A stretch of 55,724 bases of DNA from a virus (IMGVR_UViG_3300014822_000096:1-55724), one strand, 5' to 3'; numbered from the stretch's first letter, positions 29,752-40,167 are shown. Notes: generated from the letters alone by a model not told the origin. Program-made: numbers and translations.

Positions 29752-30318
29752 ATGATGGAAGGCATGCAAGACAACCCCATGTTGGCCATGTTCCGCGACG
29801 CTGTGCCGTCATTCGGCGGCGGCGCTCGCTGGCCAGGAGACGAGACGAAGCGCTCGTCGGTTCACATCGTGACGCTCGTTGACGCCATCTCCGAGGAGGG
29901 CGAGTACACCTACAACGACGGGGAGGTCCGCAAGATGCTCCCCTGCCACATCGTCCATCTCGTCTACCGCTACGACGACGACGACACCGGCCTCTCCTAC
30001 GAGTTCCACGGTCGTCCCGTCTACGTCCCCACAGATGATGTGACGCCGGAAGAGTTCGTCGCCATTCCGCAGAACATCAGCACATTCCTGGAGATCGGCG
30101 CGAGGAGATTCAACGGATGGGTCACTCACTTCCACAGTGATCCGACGGTCCCGCCGATGAAGCGGTTCGAGGCTGTCAAGAACGCCATCAACGCCGCCCA
30201 CGAGTCCGGTTCGGAGGTTCTCGTCGAGCTCTTCATCCAGCGTCGCCGTGGGGCGGGCGACTCTGAGCGAATCTATCGTGACGACTACATCCAGAGAGTC
30301 GTCAGCACCTCGGCGTGA
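29752..30318 (+). CDS. putative single-stranded DNA-binding protein
   Basis: AAGGAGG RBS; position after the Sak4-like gene; beta-rich; function inferred from synteny. Confidence 0.45.
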   Translation: MMEGMQDNPMLAMFRDAVPSFGGGARWPGDETKRSSVHIVTLVDAISEEGEYTYNDGEVRKMLPCHIVHLVYRYDDDDTGLSYEFHGRPVYVPTDDVTPEEFVAIPQNISTFLEIGARRFNGWVTHFHSDPTVPPMKRFEAVKNAINAAHESGSEVLVELFIQRRRGAGDSERIYRDDYIQRVVSTSA

Positions 30319-30374
30319 GCACGCAGTCGGGGGATTGCACTGAAACATGCCTACGTCCTCCGTAGGTGCGTGCG

Positions 30375-30408
30375 GCTCGGCCGGGTGTAAAATCCCGGCC
30401 GGGCTTTT
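30375..30408 (+). terminator. intrinsic terminator
   Basis: GCTCGGCCGGG-loop-CCCGGCCGGGC then TTTT. Confidence 0.7.
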
Positions 30409-30440
30409 CAACGGCGACAACCGCCCAAAGGCGCAATCAC

Positions 30441-31226
30441 ATGCGCATCGACACATCAACGCACAAAGGGCACATCGAATACGCTCCTGGAAGGTATTCC
30501 AAGCGCATCCCATTCTACATTGCGGAAGAGCCGGTCTTCGCTCGCATTCCGTACAAAGTCACCAGACACAAGAGTGACGGATCGCTGGACGAGATCACGT
30601 TGCACGCCCCTATTGGGCTCAAGGGTCTCTCCAAGAAACAGTGGTCCTCGGGCCGCGCAATCCTCGGCAACGCTTGCTTGACACTCGGATGCCGCACGAT
30701 CGTCAACACGACGCCCATCGTGCGTTGGCTCTGTTGCGCAGCCGTCTTCTCAGGTCCCCACTGCGGCGACGACGAGCATGCACGCCGTGGCGTGACGGAG
30801 CACATAGCCGCATCGAATCCAAGCGTCTTCGACGAGATGGCTATCCGTCTCATGGACTGGTCTGAGAACCCGCCGACTGACAGTTCCTACGAGGTGGGGT
30901 GGTCGCTCAAGCCTCCTCTCCCACGCATCAATGTCCGCTACGGTAGACTGCCCTACCAGAACATGGACGACCCAGCAATCGTCGATCGCGTTCTTTCACG
31001 GGTGCGAGACACCGTCCGCATCTCCACGTCACGCGACTCCCTCATCGCAGCCGAGGAGTCAGGCGCGTGGCCAGCGCCAGACGTGTACACTCTCACGACG
31101 AGCGGTCCATCCACAGGCGTGGTCGGCGTGTTCCCAGCCATCCACGCCATCGCCTTCGCGATCCCCACGCACCGCAGTCCATACGCACAGGCATACGCAC
31201 AGCAATCCCTGGAGGCACACCCATGA
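30441..31226 (+). CDS. hypothetical protein
   Basis: ATG at 30441; ATGA-coupled to groES. Confidence 0.65.
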   Translation: MRIDTSTHKGHIEYAPGRYSKRIPFYIAEEPVFARIPYKVTRHKSDGSLDEITLHAPIGLKGLSKKQWSSGRAILGNACLTLGCRTIVNTTPIVRWLCCAAVFSGPHCGDDEHARRGVTEHIAASNPSVFDEMAIRLMDWSENPPTDSSYEVGWSLKPPLPRINVRYGRLPYQNMDDPAIVDRVLSRVRDTVRISTSRDSLIAAEESGAWPAPDVYTLTTSGPSTGVVGVFPAIHAIAFAIPTHRSPYAQAYAQQSLEAHP

Positions 31227-31558
31227 GTCAACCCATCAACGATTCCATCTCCGTGACCATGCTCAACGGTTCGCTGCTCGTCTGTCAGGACGACCTGCCG
31301 GAGCAGATCGGAGAGATCGCCGTGCCCGCCGCCATGCGTCAGGCGTCCCGCCCCCAGACCGGCGTCATCGTGGCGCTCGACGAGTCGGCCTCGCCCAACC
31401 TCTCCGTGGGCGATCGCGTCGCCTTCGCCGCCTACGCAGGCTGCGTCATCGCCCTCGGCGGCGAGCGATTCCTGATCCTCGACGCCGCCAACGAGGTCCT
31501 CATGAAGATCGAGGGGGACTACAAGCCCGAGCTCAACATCACGCCCAACCTCTCGTAG
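31223..31558 (+). CDS. groES: GroES/Cpn10-like co-chaperonin
   Basis: LNGSLLV, GEIAVP, PQTGVIVA and LSVGDRVAFAAYAG..I..GGERFLIL. Confidence 0.85.
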   Translation: MSQPINDSISVTMLNGSLLVCQDDLPEQIGEIAVPAAMRQASRPQTGVIVALDESASPNLSVGDRVAFAAYAGCVIALGGERFLILDAANEVLMKIEGDYKPELNITPNLS

Positions 31559-31586
31559 GAGCCCCCCTCCCACAGCCAGTGGCGGC

Positions 31587-34500
31587 CTAGAACGTGTCGA
31601 ACGGAACGTTGGCCGAGAACGGTTGAAATCCTGGCTCCTGAGCCACCGCCTCCCTCGGCAGCAGATTGCGCCCCCCTCCCACAGCATCCCGCACTGCGGC
31701 AGTGTTTGCACCTCCTCGCTGATCCGCAGGCTGACCTGACTGGATAGGCAGGGCTGTGGGAGGGGGGTCTTCCACGCCCAGCGCTCGCCTGAGCTCAGGC
31801 GGGAGGCTCTTGATTGTCCGTTCGAGACCCGTCGTCGTCAGTTGCCGCTCGAAGGACCGGAGCCGCTCGCGGGAGATTTGCATGGGCACACCAAATCGCC
31901 GTTCGAAGTCGCGTGCGATCTGGTTCGCCTTGTCGATCCGTCCGATGGAGACCTCGCGCAGGTATGCCCTCTTGAGCTGGTTCGCGGTGTCTCGCTGCTG
32001 GAACAGACGCCTGACCTGATTGCGACGCTCGCGGAGGCGACCGAAGTCTAATCCCAGACCGCCCAACGCCAGCGTAGCGGCGTCTTCGAAGCCGAGCAGG
32101 GCGCCGGTCCTCGCGTCGAAGATCGGGATGCGCCCGTCCTCCGTCCGCTGCGAATAGTCCGCGAACGTGTCCTGCAGGGGCGCAAGGATAGGGACCAGCG
32201 ACTGTTCCTGGTCTGGCAGCACGTCCGCCAACCGATCGAGCGCGATGCCTGCGGGAAGCACACGCGAAGCCGCACGACCGAGCCGCTTGGAGAGTCGCAC
32301 ATCGGTGTCCGTGACGATGCCCGCGAAGTCCTTGAGCACGCCTGTGATGGGCGGCGCAATGCCTCGACCTTCGGCTCCGAACAGCAACCCAGGAAACTCC
32401 AGCGTGATCTCCGTGAACCCCTGATCACGCAGGTCCGCGTTGAGCAGGTTCCTCGCCAGCGAGATGTAGATGGACGAGACGCCGATGCCGCGGATGATAT
32501 CCGTGGCCATGCCCAACAATCGGCTCTCCCGTCCGGCCAGCGTCGGCGACGTGATCGCCACGCCCGTGAAACTCCGCAGAGGAAACTGCAGAAACTGCCG
32601 GAAGACCTGATTGGCAAGAAACTGCGGCGTGACCCGCTGCGTCCCAAGCGCAGGCTGAAAGATGAGCGGCGTGTTCAGGAACGTGGCGCCGAACTGCGTC
32701 TCGTTGACGAACTCGCGCACCTCAGTCCGGAACCCTGGCGGAGCCTTGCCGAGCTTCGCCGCTCCCTGCTCTACACCCCTCGCGATCCTGATGGCATGCG
32801 CGGCGACGTTGCGGTTCAGAATCTCCACCGTTTGGAACGGAGCCAGCAGAAAGTTCAGGGAGAGCAGCTCATCACGCACGCCCGACGGCCTCGTGAGCGC
32901 ACTGAAGCCCTTCGGGCCAGTGAACGCAATCGAGTCCAGCAGTTCCAGAGCCTCCTGACCGGCGCCGATCTCGTCGAAGAACTCGAACGCCTCACGCCCG
33001 ATCTGCGCACGCTCGATGTTCGTGATCGGGCGGAATCCGAACCTGCGGAACCGCTCCTTGAAGTACGTCCCGAACTCAGACAACGCAGACGAATACGCCT
33101 TCACCACATTGGACACGCCGCCGAAGACAGTCGCCAGCTGGAACGGCTGCAACGCGTTCTTGGCAACCGATTGCAGATTCGCTCCAAGCGCGCTCTTGTA
33201 GATCAGGGACGCTGCGAATCTGCTCGGCAATCCCTTCACGGAGTCCTCGTCGATGGGCCCACGCGCAAGCCTCTCCAAGCGGCTCACCAATCGCTCAGCC
33301 ACGCCGCCAGTCCGCTTCAGAGCCTGGAACGCGTCCGTGCTCACCAGCGCATCGAGCGTCTGCCTGCCCGTATGAAACGCTGCGATCGTCGTCGCATGCT
33401 CCAAGGACAACCGCCCCATGAGCCGAGGCACGACCACATCCGTCACCACACGCCGCGCGTGCGGGTCCTGCAGTAACTCGAAGTCCCTGCGTATCGCATC
33501 AGCGACCGAGAATCCACCGATCGGCGCACGATCCGGTTGCACCTCCGAGAACACCTCATCGAAGCCTGCTGCGCCCCGCCGTCCTCGCTCGAAGCCAAAC
33601 GTGCCGACACGCAAACCCCGCCGCTTGGCCTCCTCCACAGCCGCCTTTGACCTGATCTGCGCAGCGAACACATCGTCGCCAGGCGTTCTCGTAAACAGCG
33701 CGAACGTTCGGCTGTTCTCCTGAATGTACTTCGGCACAGCCTTCGCAGGATTGATCGTCTGGAACAGCACGAAGTTCCGATCCTCTTGCGCAGCCTTCTC
33801 TATCTCCGCAAGCACACGACCCTTCGCCTTCTCCAAGTCAGCCGTCGCCCCGAACGTCTCCTCTATGTACTTCAGATCATCAGGATGGAACACCGGCGAC
33901 GCCGACGACCTCAACACAGCGCTGCCGCCAGGCGTGAGCTTGATCTTGTCCTGCACAAGCCTGCGCACCTGATCGCCGGTCAGCGTCTTCCCCGTCGTAA
34001 TGTCGTACCCAAGCCGCGTGTTCCTGGGGAAGAACGAGATCGAGTTGTCCTCCAGACCCTTCAGTATCCTGCCCACGATCCCACGGAACTCGTCGAACGA
34101 CACCTCAGCCTCACGCACCCTGTTGAGCGTGTCTCCGAGCAGCGATCCGATCAACTCAGTGCCAAGAACCGGATCACTCCTGGACGTAATCACAGGGTCC
34201 TTGATCCCGCGGAACACACGCAGCAACGCATCCTCATCCGAAAACACCTCCCGCAACGTATTCGTGAACGATCCCCTCAACGCATCCCTCAGCGTAACCA
34301 GGCCCGACTCCCGCAGCGTCTGCTCCACCACAGCCCTGTTCGCAAGCTGCGGCACATCCTTGGCGATCTGCTTGAGCCTGCCATCCGCCGTAAGACTGTG
34401 AATCAACTCCTGCGCGCCTGGTCTCGCCATCCCCGCAAGGTCCAGATATAACGCAGTCATCGCCTTACGAACCCTATCCGCCTGCTCCACATTCAGCGCA

Positions 34501-35129
34501 GGATTCGTGTAGTCCAGCGTGTTCACGCCAAGCGCACGACGCGCCTCCTCCAACGCCGGACCCAGCTCATCAGCCCGCCTCCTGATGAACGCCGCCATGT
34601 CGTCCAACGCCTGGAACGACGCTGCTCCTATCCCTGTCCCCCTGAGCGACTGAAGCGGCGACGCCAACCCCAACGTCTGCAGGAACCCAGCATTCTCCCG
34701 CACAAACGGGTGATACTTCGTCGCCACGTCGAACAGACCCGTCTCGACAACCTTGCCGCCGAGTCTGCCCACCACACGCTTGCCCTTGCCCGCAGCCTGC
34801 TCAATAGCCGACAAACCCAACGCCGATGTGGCGAAGAACAACAACGTAAACGGGTCCGTCGCAATGTCAATCAACGCATCAGTGATGGACCCCCCTCCCA
34901 CAGCCTGCTTGAGGCGTTGGATGATGGAGTCCTGCTCGCGCACGGACAGCGTGCCAGGCGCAAGCACCGTGCGGAGAGCACTGCCCGCCGTCAACTCACC
35001 GTCGATTGCCTGCGTGAAGATCGTCTCGGGAGCGTCCGCCAATCGCGGCGGACGCAGCCCTACGAGACTCCTCAGCTGCAGCTCACGAGCCGCAGCCTCC
35101 TCAAGCTGTGCAGGCGACAGACCCTCCAC
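31587..35129 (-). CDS. large internal virion (ejection) protein
   Basis: 1180 aa, helical, last gene of the structural operon; synteny. Confidence 0.55.
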   Translation of the reverse strand: MEGLSPAQLEEAAARELQLRSLVGLRPPRLADAPETIFTQAIDGELTAGSALRTVLAPGTLSVREQDSIIQRLKQAVGGGSITDALIDIATDPFTLLFFATSALGLSAIEQAAGKGKRVVGRLGGKVVETGLFDVATKYHPFVRENAGFLQTLGLASPLQSLRGTGIGAASFQALDDMAAFIRRRADELGPALEEARRALGVNTLDYTNPALNVEQADRVRKAMTALYLDLAGMARPGAQELIHSLTADGRLKQIAKDVPQLANRAVVEQTLRESGLVTLRDALRGSFTNTLREVFSDEDALLRVFRGIKDPVITSRSDPVLGTELIGSLLGDTLNRVREAEVSFDEFRGIVGRILKGLEDNSISFFPRNTRLGYDITTGKTLTGDQVRRLVQDKIKLTPGGSAVLRSSASPVFHPDDLKYIEETFGATADLEKAKGRVLAEIEKAAQEDRNFVLFQTINPAKAVPKYIQENSRTFALFTRTPGDDVFAAQIRSKAAVEEAKRRGLRVGTFGFERGRRGAAGFDEVFSEVQPDRAPIGGFSVADAIRRDFELLQDPHARRVVTDVVVPRLMGRLSLEHATTIAAFHTGRQTLDALVSTDAFQALKRTGGVAERLVSRLERLARGPIDEDSVKGLPSRFAASLIYKSALGANLQSVAKNALQPFQLATVFGGVSNVVKAYSSALSEFGTYFKERFRRFGFRPITNIERAQIGREAFEFFDEIGAGQEALELLDSIAFTGPKGFSALTRPSGVRDELLSLNFLLAPFQTVEILNRNVAAHAIRIARGVEQGAAKLGKAPPGFRTEVREFVNETQFGATFLNTPLIFQPALGTQRVTPQFLANQVFRQFLQFPLRSFTGVAITSPTLAGRESRLLGMATDIIRGIGVSSIYISLARNLLNADLRDQGFTEITLEFPGLLFGAEGRGIAPPITGVLKDFAGIVTDTDVRLSKRLGRAASRVLPAGIALDRLADVLPDQEQSLVPILAPLQDTFADYSQRTEDGRIPIFDARTGALLGFEDAATLALGGLGLDFGRLRERRNQVRRLFQQRDTANQLKRAYLREVSIGRIDKANQIARDFERRFGVPMQISRERLRSFERQLTTTGLERTIKSLPPELRRALGVEDPPPTALPIQSGQPADQRGGANTAAVRDAVGGGRNLLPREAVAQEPGFQPFSANVPFDTF

Positions 35130-35134
35130 ACGCC

Positions 35135-35554
35135 TTACACCTCATGCGTGTGGTACCGAATCGCCACATCAAACGGCATCGAGGCCCCGGTCGTCGGCGT
35201 GCTGTTGAGTCGCAGCACGAGCGTCTGACCCTTCGTGACCTTGTTCGCCCCCTCCACGCCGTACGCCGAGACCACAGTGTGCGACGATCCGCCGGCGCCG
35301 TCGATGGCGACAGAGCCTGTCACAGCCGTGCCCGCAGTCGCAATGGGATCAGAGCCCGCAGCCACCGCATTCAGCGTCGCGCTCGTCACAGTCGGCGCAG
35401 ACCCTGCGCCATATCGCACCGTGACCTCATCGACGTACAAGTCCTCCGGCGCGATAGTCACGATGTAGTTCCGGTCCGTGGTGTTCGCCGTTGCGCTGCC
35501 TGTGAGCACACCCACGTGCGCAGGTGTCTCACCATCTCGAAATGCAACCGTCAT
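35135..35554 (-). CDS. small virion structural protein
   Basis: T/A/G/V-rich, beta-type; AAGGAG RBS. Confidence 0.6.
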   Translation of the reverse strand: MTVAFRDGETPAHVGVLTGSATANTTDRNYIVTIAPEDLYVDEVTVRYGAGSAPTVTSATLNAVAAGSDPIATAGTAVTGSVAIDGAGGSSHTVVSAYGVEGANKVTKGQTLVLRLNSTPTTGASMPFDVAIRYHTHEV

Positions 35555-35583
35555 GGTTGTCTCCTTGTCTGTCTGTCCCTCGA

Positions 35584-36504
35584 TTATATCCCGAGCAAGT
35601 CCTCACGCAACGCTTCCTCGACACGCTGCCTCGGAGTCCCCTGCGCCACGTTGGCGTTCATGGCCATCGCCAGACTCAGCTCCTGCAGCAAGTCCCTCCT
35701 CGGCTCTCCGATCGGCACAGCGCCCCTCGGCAGCCTCCGCCCTGCCCGCAAAGCAGCCGCAAGCTCAGGATTCGCTTGGGCCATCCTCGCCTGATTGATC
35801 GCCGCAAGCTCAAGCAACCGCTCCGTCTTCAACGTCGCACCAAGCCGAGCCGCAGCCACCGCAGGATCGAACTGGGACCCCCCTCCCACAGCCTCTGCGG
35901 ATAGACCCCCCTGATCCAGACCTGACGCAGACCGGAAGAATCTGTCCGCAACGAACAGCCCGCCAGCGCCCGCCGCCAGACCCGTCCCCACCGGATTGTC
36001 CAGAAACGCGTTCCGGCTACGTTCGAACGCCCTACGAACGATCCGCTCACCGAACCCTCGCCTGCCCGCTGCAGCCACAGCCCCACCCGCAACCGTCTCG
36101 CCCACAGGCGTCGTCTGCGGCACACGGAGGAGCCGACGCAATGCCCGAACCTGCGCGTCCTGACCCGTGATCCTCGCGTTCAGACGCTCTGCTGCCGTGA
36201 CCGCTTCGAGGTCCGCCTTCCTCACCGAAATGAACCGGAACGGCGTACGCGATCCGTCAGGCCTCAGGAACGACACCTGCACACGACCAGGCGCCTTGTC
36301 CGAAATCCGAATCGCCGCGACACGAGCATCCCTCGGCAGACCCAACTTCTCAGCCACAGAGCCCACCGCACGCAACACGTTCTCCCGTGCAGCGAACCCC
36401 GCAGCCACACGCGAGCCGACACGACCCAGCGCAGCCCTACCGCCGCCCAGCGCAGATCGACCAAGACGCTCCAGAAGGCCAAGACCAACGCGAATCTGGC
36501 TCAT
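35584..36504 (-). CDS. putative internal virion protein
   Basis: R/A/G-rich; position in operon. Confidence 0.6.
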   Translation of the reverse strand: MSQIRVGLGLLERLGRSALGGGRAALGRVGSRVAAGFAARENVLRAVGSVAEKLGLPRDARVAAIRISDKAPGRVQVSFLRPDGSRTPFRFISVRKADLEAVTAAERLNARITGQDAQVRALRRLLRVPQTTPVGETVAGGAVAAAGRRGFGERIVRRAFERSRNAFLDNPVGTGLAAGAGGLFVADRFFRSASGLDQGGLSAEAVGGGSQFDPAVAAARLGATLKTERLLELAAINQARMAQANPELAAALRAGRRLPRGAVPIGEPRRDLLQELSLAMAMNANVAQGTPRQRVEEALREDLLGI

Positions 36505-36505
36505 G

Positions 36506-36970
36506 TCACCGGCCTATCCCCGCCACGCCCAGCACCGCCAACGTGTCCAGCAACGTCGGCCTGTCACGCACAGCGATCGCATGGATCAACGCCTTGTTCT
36601 GCTCCACCAGATCACGCAACTGCAGCAACTCACGAGCACCGCGAACATCACCACTCAGCAGATCAGCAACATCGAGCAACTCGCTCGTCGCCTCCTGGTC
36701 AGACAACGCAATGTCCAGCAACGTCCTCTGCGTGGCGTCGCTGAACACAAAACCGGCCCTCGCCTGCCCTTCGATTGCCCCCCGCGCAGCGCCGCGTCGA
36801 GCCCCTGATATCGAACCCGTGATCCCGCCTATGACGGCTCCGGCTCCTGCGCCCAACGCTGTCGTCAGCGGATCAGGCAGGATGCTCCCCACCAGAGCGC
36901 CAGTCAAGGCACCGCTCGCCGCGCCGCTCGCCGCGCCGCCGAGAGCGCCTCCAAACGCACCGTCAGCCAT
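36506..36970 (-). CDS. glycine-zipper virion protein
   Basis: GGAGG RBS; GALGGAASGAASGALTGALVG...GAGAGAVIGG. Confidence 0.65.
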   Translation of the reverse strand: MADGAFGGALGGAASGAASGALTGALVGSILPDPLTTALGAGAGAVIGGITGSISGARRGAARGAIEGQARAGFVFSDATQRTLLDIALSDQEATSELLDVADLLSGDVRGARELLQLRDLVEQNKALIHAIAVRDRPTLLDTLAVLGVAGIGR

Positions 36971-37349
36971 AGCACACCTCCTCCACCTCACACGGCTCTC
37001 GGATCAGTCTGCGCACTCTGGGTTGCGCCACGCCGAGAAATGTGAACTGCCCGCTGCCCGACACGTACTCACTCGGCACGCGCAATGCCCACAAGCACAA
37101 GCCTCGCACACGCTTGAGCTCGACCGGCAACGACCACAGAAACGAGCGCACACAGCGCTTCGCTGTGAACGGACCTTTGTATGGCTTTGCCTCAAGCAGG
37201 TCTTCCAATCCGACCACGCTGGGGTCGAGAGCCTCCAGCGTGCGCATATCGACCATGCCCGAGTCCGCCCTCTCCATGATCCGGACCATCTTGTGCGACA
37301 GCCTTCGCACATGATCGGACGGCAATATGTGCTTCGACGAGCAACCCAT
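36963..37349 (-). CDS. hypothetical protein
   Basis: fills the operon gap; GAGG RBS. Confidence 0.5.
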   Translation of the reverse strand: MGCSSKHILPSDHVRRLSHKMVRIMERADSGMVDMRTLEALDPSVVGLEDLLEAKPYKGPFTAKRCVRSFLWSLPVELKRVRGLCLWALRVPSEYVSGSGQFTFLGVAQPRVRRLIREPCEVEEVCYG

Positions 37350-37359
37350 GCCGACGACC

Positions 37360-38922
37360 TCACGGTCTGCTCGCAGAGCCGGACCTCAGCGCACGCTCCG
37401 AGAATCTACGAAGCAGATCAGCCTGCAGCTCCGTGGACTGGACCTGACCTTCGGACACCGCTCGACTCTGCTCATCCTCGAACGCGGAGATCAACGCCTG
37501 CAACTCTTCCTGACCCGCCATCGCAAATCCCAGTCCATCCGGGCCGAGGAACGACTCGGGATTCGACACGCCCGCGGCGCGCAACTGCTGGCGCACTCGC
37601 TCCTCCATCAGATCGATCGTCCGCTGCGCCTTCTCCGCCAACGTCGGATCAACACGCCTCAATTGCGCAACGAACGATGCGACCTTGTTCGGATCGCTTG
37701 TCAGCACACCCGCCAACTGCGACACGTCCTCCAGCGTCTGCCTCAGGATGCGAATCTTCCTCTCAGGCGGGTCAACGGGGATCGCCAGCCCGCCCAACTC
37801 AGCCGGAGCCGTGATACCCATGAGGGCCCGGCGCAGCTGAGCGGCGCGCTCCTTCGTGAAGCCACGCACCTTCTCCGATCCAGGCGTCACGGAGAACTGT
37901 TGCAACTGCTTCTCGATGCCCGTGATGATCCCATCGAGCGCAGCCTTATCGACGCCGTTGTCCGCCAACGACTCGATGATCTGCCTGCCGAGGTCAACGC
38001 CGACCTGTCGATCCGCTGGCAATGCCTGTCCCGCTGCACGCAGCCTCTCGACAAGAGCAGCGCGGTTCGCGGCGGTCGTGAAGAGCCGCTTCAAATCCGA
38101 CCTTGCTTTGTCCACGTCCCTCGCCCCCGCCTCATCCAGGGGCAACGCATCGACGAGGGCTGAGATGAAGTCCTTTCCTGCGAGCGGGAATCGCTTCGAC
38201 GAAAGAACGCCAGGAACGACCTCAGCAGTCGTCGTGGCGAACTTCGTAAAAAGCTCATTCTGTCGCGTGAGAACGCCAGGATTCTCTTCATTGCCGATGA
38301 ACGCATCTTGCAACTCCGAAACCAGTCCGACATTCCCCTCCTCCACAATCTGCTTCGCGAGGTTCTGCGTCACCAGCGCCTTCTGCGCCTGCTCCTCACG
38401 CTCCTGCGCCTTGATGAGCCGCTCCTGCACACTCTTGGCGATATCGACCTGCCCCTCAAGCGCAGCCGCCTGCAGTTCAGTCTGAGTCCGCAGCATCTCA
38501 CGCTGGGCTTCCCGAGCCTCCTGCGCAAGGCGTTCCTGCTGCTGTCGATCCAGCTCAGCCTGCTGCGCCGCGAACTCCTGCTGCGCCTGCAGCCTCTGCA
38601 TCTGCGCCGCTTCACGCTCACGATTGATCTGCAGGTTCGTCTCGTTGAGCCTCTGGAACTGTTCGCCCCTCAGCTGTGCGAGCTCCTTGTCCGCTTTGAT
38701 CTGCTCCTGCAACGCCGCCTGCTGCGCCTGCAACTGGGCCTGCGCGATCCGAAGCCGCGTTGCAGCCTGAATCCTGGCTGCCAGCAACTGTCGATCCGCA
38801 ACCCCCAACCTCGTCAGCGCATTGACGCTGGATGCAGCCGCAGGCGTAACAGGATCGACCACGTTGACCGCAGGTTGCGGCGTCGGCCTCGACAATCCAA
38901 CGGCGTCGACGAATCTGCTCAT
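37360..38922 (-). CDS. coiled-coil internal virion protein
   Basis: Q/A/E-rich, 520 aa. Confidence 0.65.
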   Translation of the reverse strand: MSRFVDAVGLSRPTPQPAVNVVDPVTPAAASSVNALTRLGVADRQLLAARIQAATRLRIAQAQLQAQQAALQEQIKADKELAQLRGEQFQRLNETNLQINREREAAQMQRLQAQQEFAAQQAELDRQQQERLAQEAREAQREMLRTQTELQAAALEGQVDIAKSVQERLIKAQEREEQAQKALVTQNLAKQIVEEGNVGLVSELQDAFIGNEENPGVLTRQNELFTKFATTTAEVVPGVLSSKRFPLAGKDFISALVDALPLDEAGARDVDKARSDLKRLFTTAANRAALVERLRAAGQALPADRQVGVDLGRQIIESLADNGVDKAALDGIITGIEKQLQQFSVTPGSEKVRGFTKERAAQLRRALMGITAPAELGGLAIPVDPPERKIRILRQTLEDVSQLAGVLTSDPNKVASFVAQLRRVDPTLAEKAQRTIDLMEERVRQQLRAAGVSNPESFLGPDGLGFAMAGQEELQALISAFEDEQSRAVSEGQVQSTELQADLLRRFSERALRSGSASRP

Positions 38923-38938
38923 GGTTCAAGCCTCCGGC

Positions 38939-40126
38939 TCACGCCCTCTTCGCCGCCTCGAACGCCGACAGCGCGCTGAACAGCGACACCACGGACTCGG
39001 GATTCGCACGGACCAGCTCAGCCAACTGCGCCCTGCCCTGCAACTCGAACTGCAACGCCTGCGCAAGCGCACTGGATCGCAGCGAGGCAGCCGCCTGCGC
39101 AAGAGCCGCCTGACCCTGCTGGGCCTGTGCAAGCTGACCCGCAGCCGCCAACCGCAACTGGGCCCTCGTCTCATTGAACCGTGACAGCAACTGCGACGTT
39201 ATCTGGCTTGTCTGCCGATCCACCTGGTCCTGCAACTGCGCTCTGAGCTGAAACGCCTCTCCAGGCTTCAACTTCTGCCCCGTCTGCGGGTCGAATCCAG
39301 CATTCAACGCTCTCAGGTTCCGCTGCAGGTTCCGCTGCAGATTGCCCGTGACCTGACTGATCTGCTGCGACGTGAGGTCCTGGAATCCCTCGATCGCCTC
39401 ATCCAGCCGTGCCTCAACGTCGCCGAGCTGCTCCTGCCCCAGCTCAGACAGCGACGACGCAGCCTCCTCTGCGCCCTCCAGGAACCTGTCCACACCTCCA
39501 GTCAGCGCACTCTCGAAGCTCTCGATCTGCTCCTGATTCCGCTCGAACTGCGTGTTGGCCGCTTCCTGTTGCCGTTGCACGTCCAGCGAGATCGCAGGCA
39601 GCAGCCGATTCCCAGCCCCGCCAGGCCTCTCACCCAACGCCTGCACGAGCACATCGAGATTGCCCTCACCCCTGCGGATCGCGTCCAGATCGAGCTCTGT
39701 GGGGTCCTGCCCGCTCCTCGCCGCCGCGAACGCAAGCTCTGCATCAGACGGCGCTTGTCCGAGCACGGGGAATCCATTGTTGCTTGGGAACAACCTAAAC
39801 CTGAACGGACTCCCAAACGGATCAAGCGCATCAACTCCGACTTCACGCCCCGTCAACGCCAGCTTACGCGCAAGATCAATGCGTTGGATTATCGCAGGAT
39901 TTTTGGTCTGCCGTAGACCTAACGATTCTGAAATTTGCCTGAGTACATCGCCAAGCAATCCTGTGTCTGATGCAGCGGACAATGGGTCTATGCCCAAAAG
40001 CGCATTATTGAAAAGCCTCCCAGGGCTAAATCCATTTGAGATGCTAGTCCCAGGCTCAAATGCATTACGAACATTTCGATTAAGGCCGAACTGGCCCAAC
40101 CCGAACAATGTCTTGAATGCGGTCAT
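38939..40126 (-). CDS. coiled-coil internal virion protein
   Basis: Q/A/L-rich, 395 aa. Confidence 0.65.
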   Translation of the reverse strand: MTAFKTLFGLGQFGLNRNVRNAFEPGTSISNGFSPGRLFNNALLGIDPLSAASDTGLLGDVLRQISESLGLRQTKNPAIIQRIDLARKLALTGREVGVDALDPFGSPFRFRLFPSNNGFPVLGQAPSDAELAFAAARSGQDPTELDLDAIRRGEGNLDVLVQALGERPGGAGNRLLPAISLDVQRQQEAANTQFERNQEQIESFESALTGGVDRFLEGAEEAASSLSELGQEQLGDVEARLDEAIEGFQDLTSQQISQVTGNLQRNLQRNLRALNAGFDPQTGQKLKPGEAFQLRAQLQDQVDRQTSQITSQLLSRFNETRAQLRLAAAGQLAQAQQGQAALAQAAASLRSSALAQALQFELQGRAQLAELVRANPESVVSLFSALSAFEAAKRA

Positions 40127-40131
40127 GGCGG

Positions 40132-40167
40132 ATGCCTCACGGCGTATGCCTCACGGCGTATGCCTCA
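40132..40167. repeat. 14-bp tandem repeat, about 2.6 units
   Basis: ATGCCTCACGGCGT twice plus ATGCCTCA. Confidence 0.9.
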
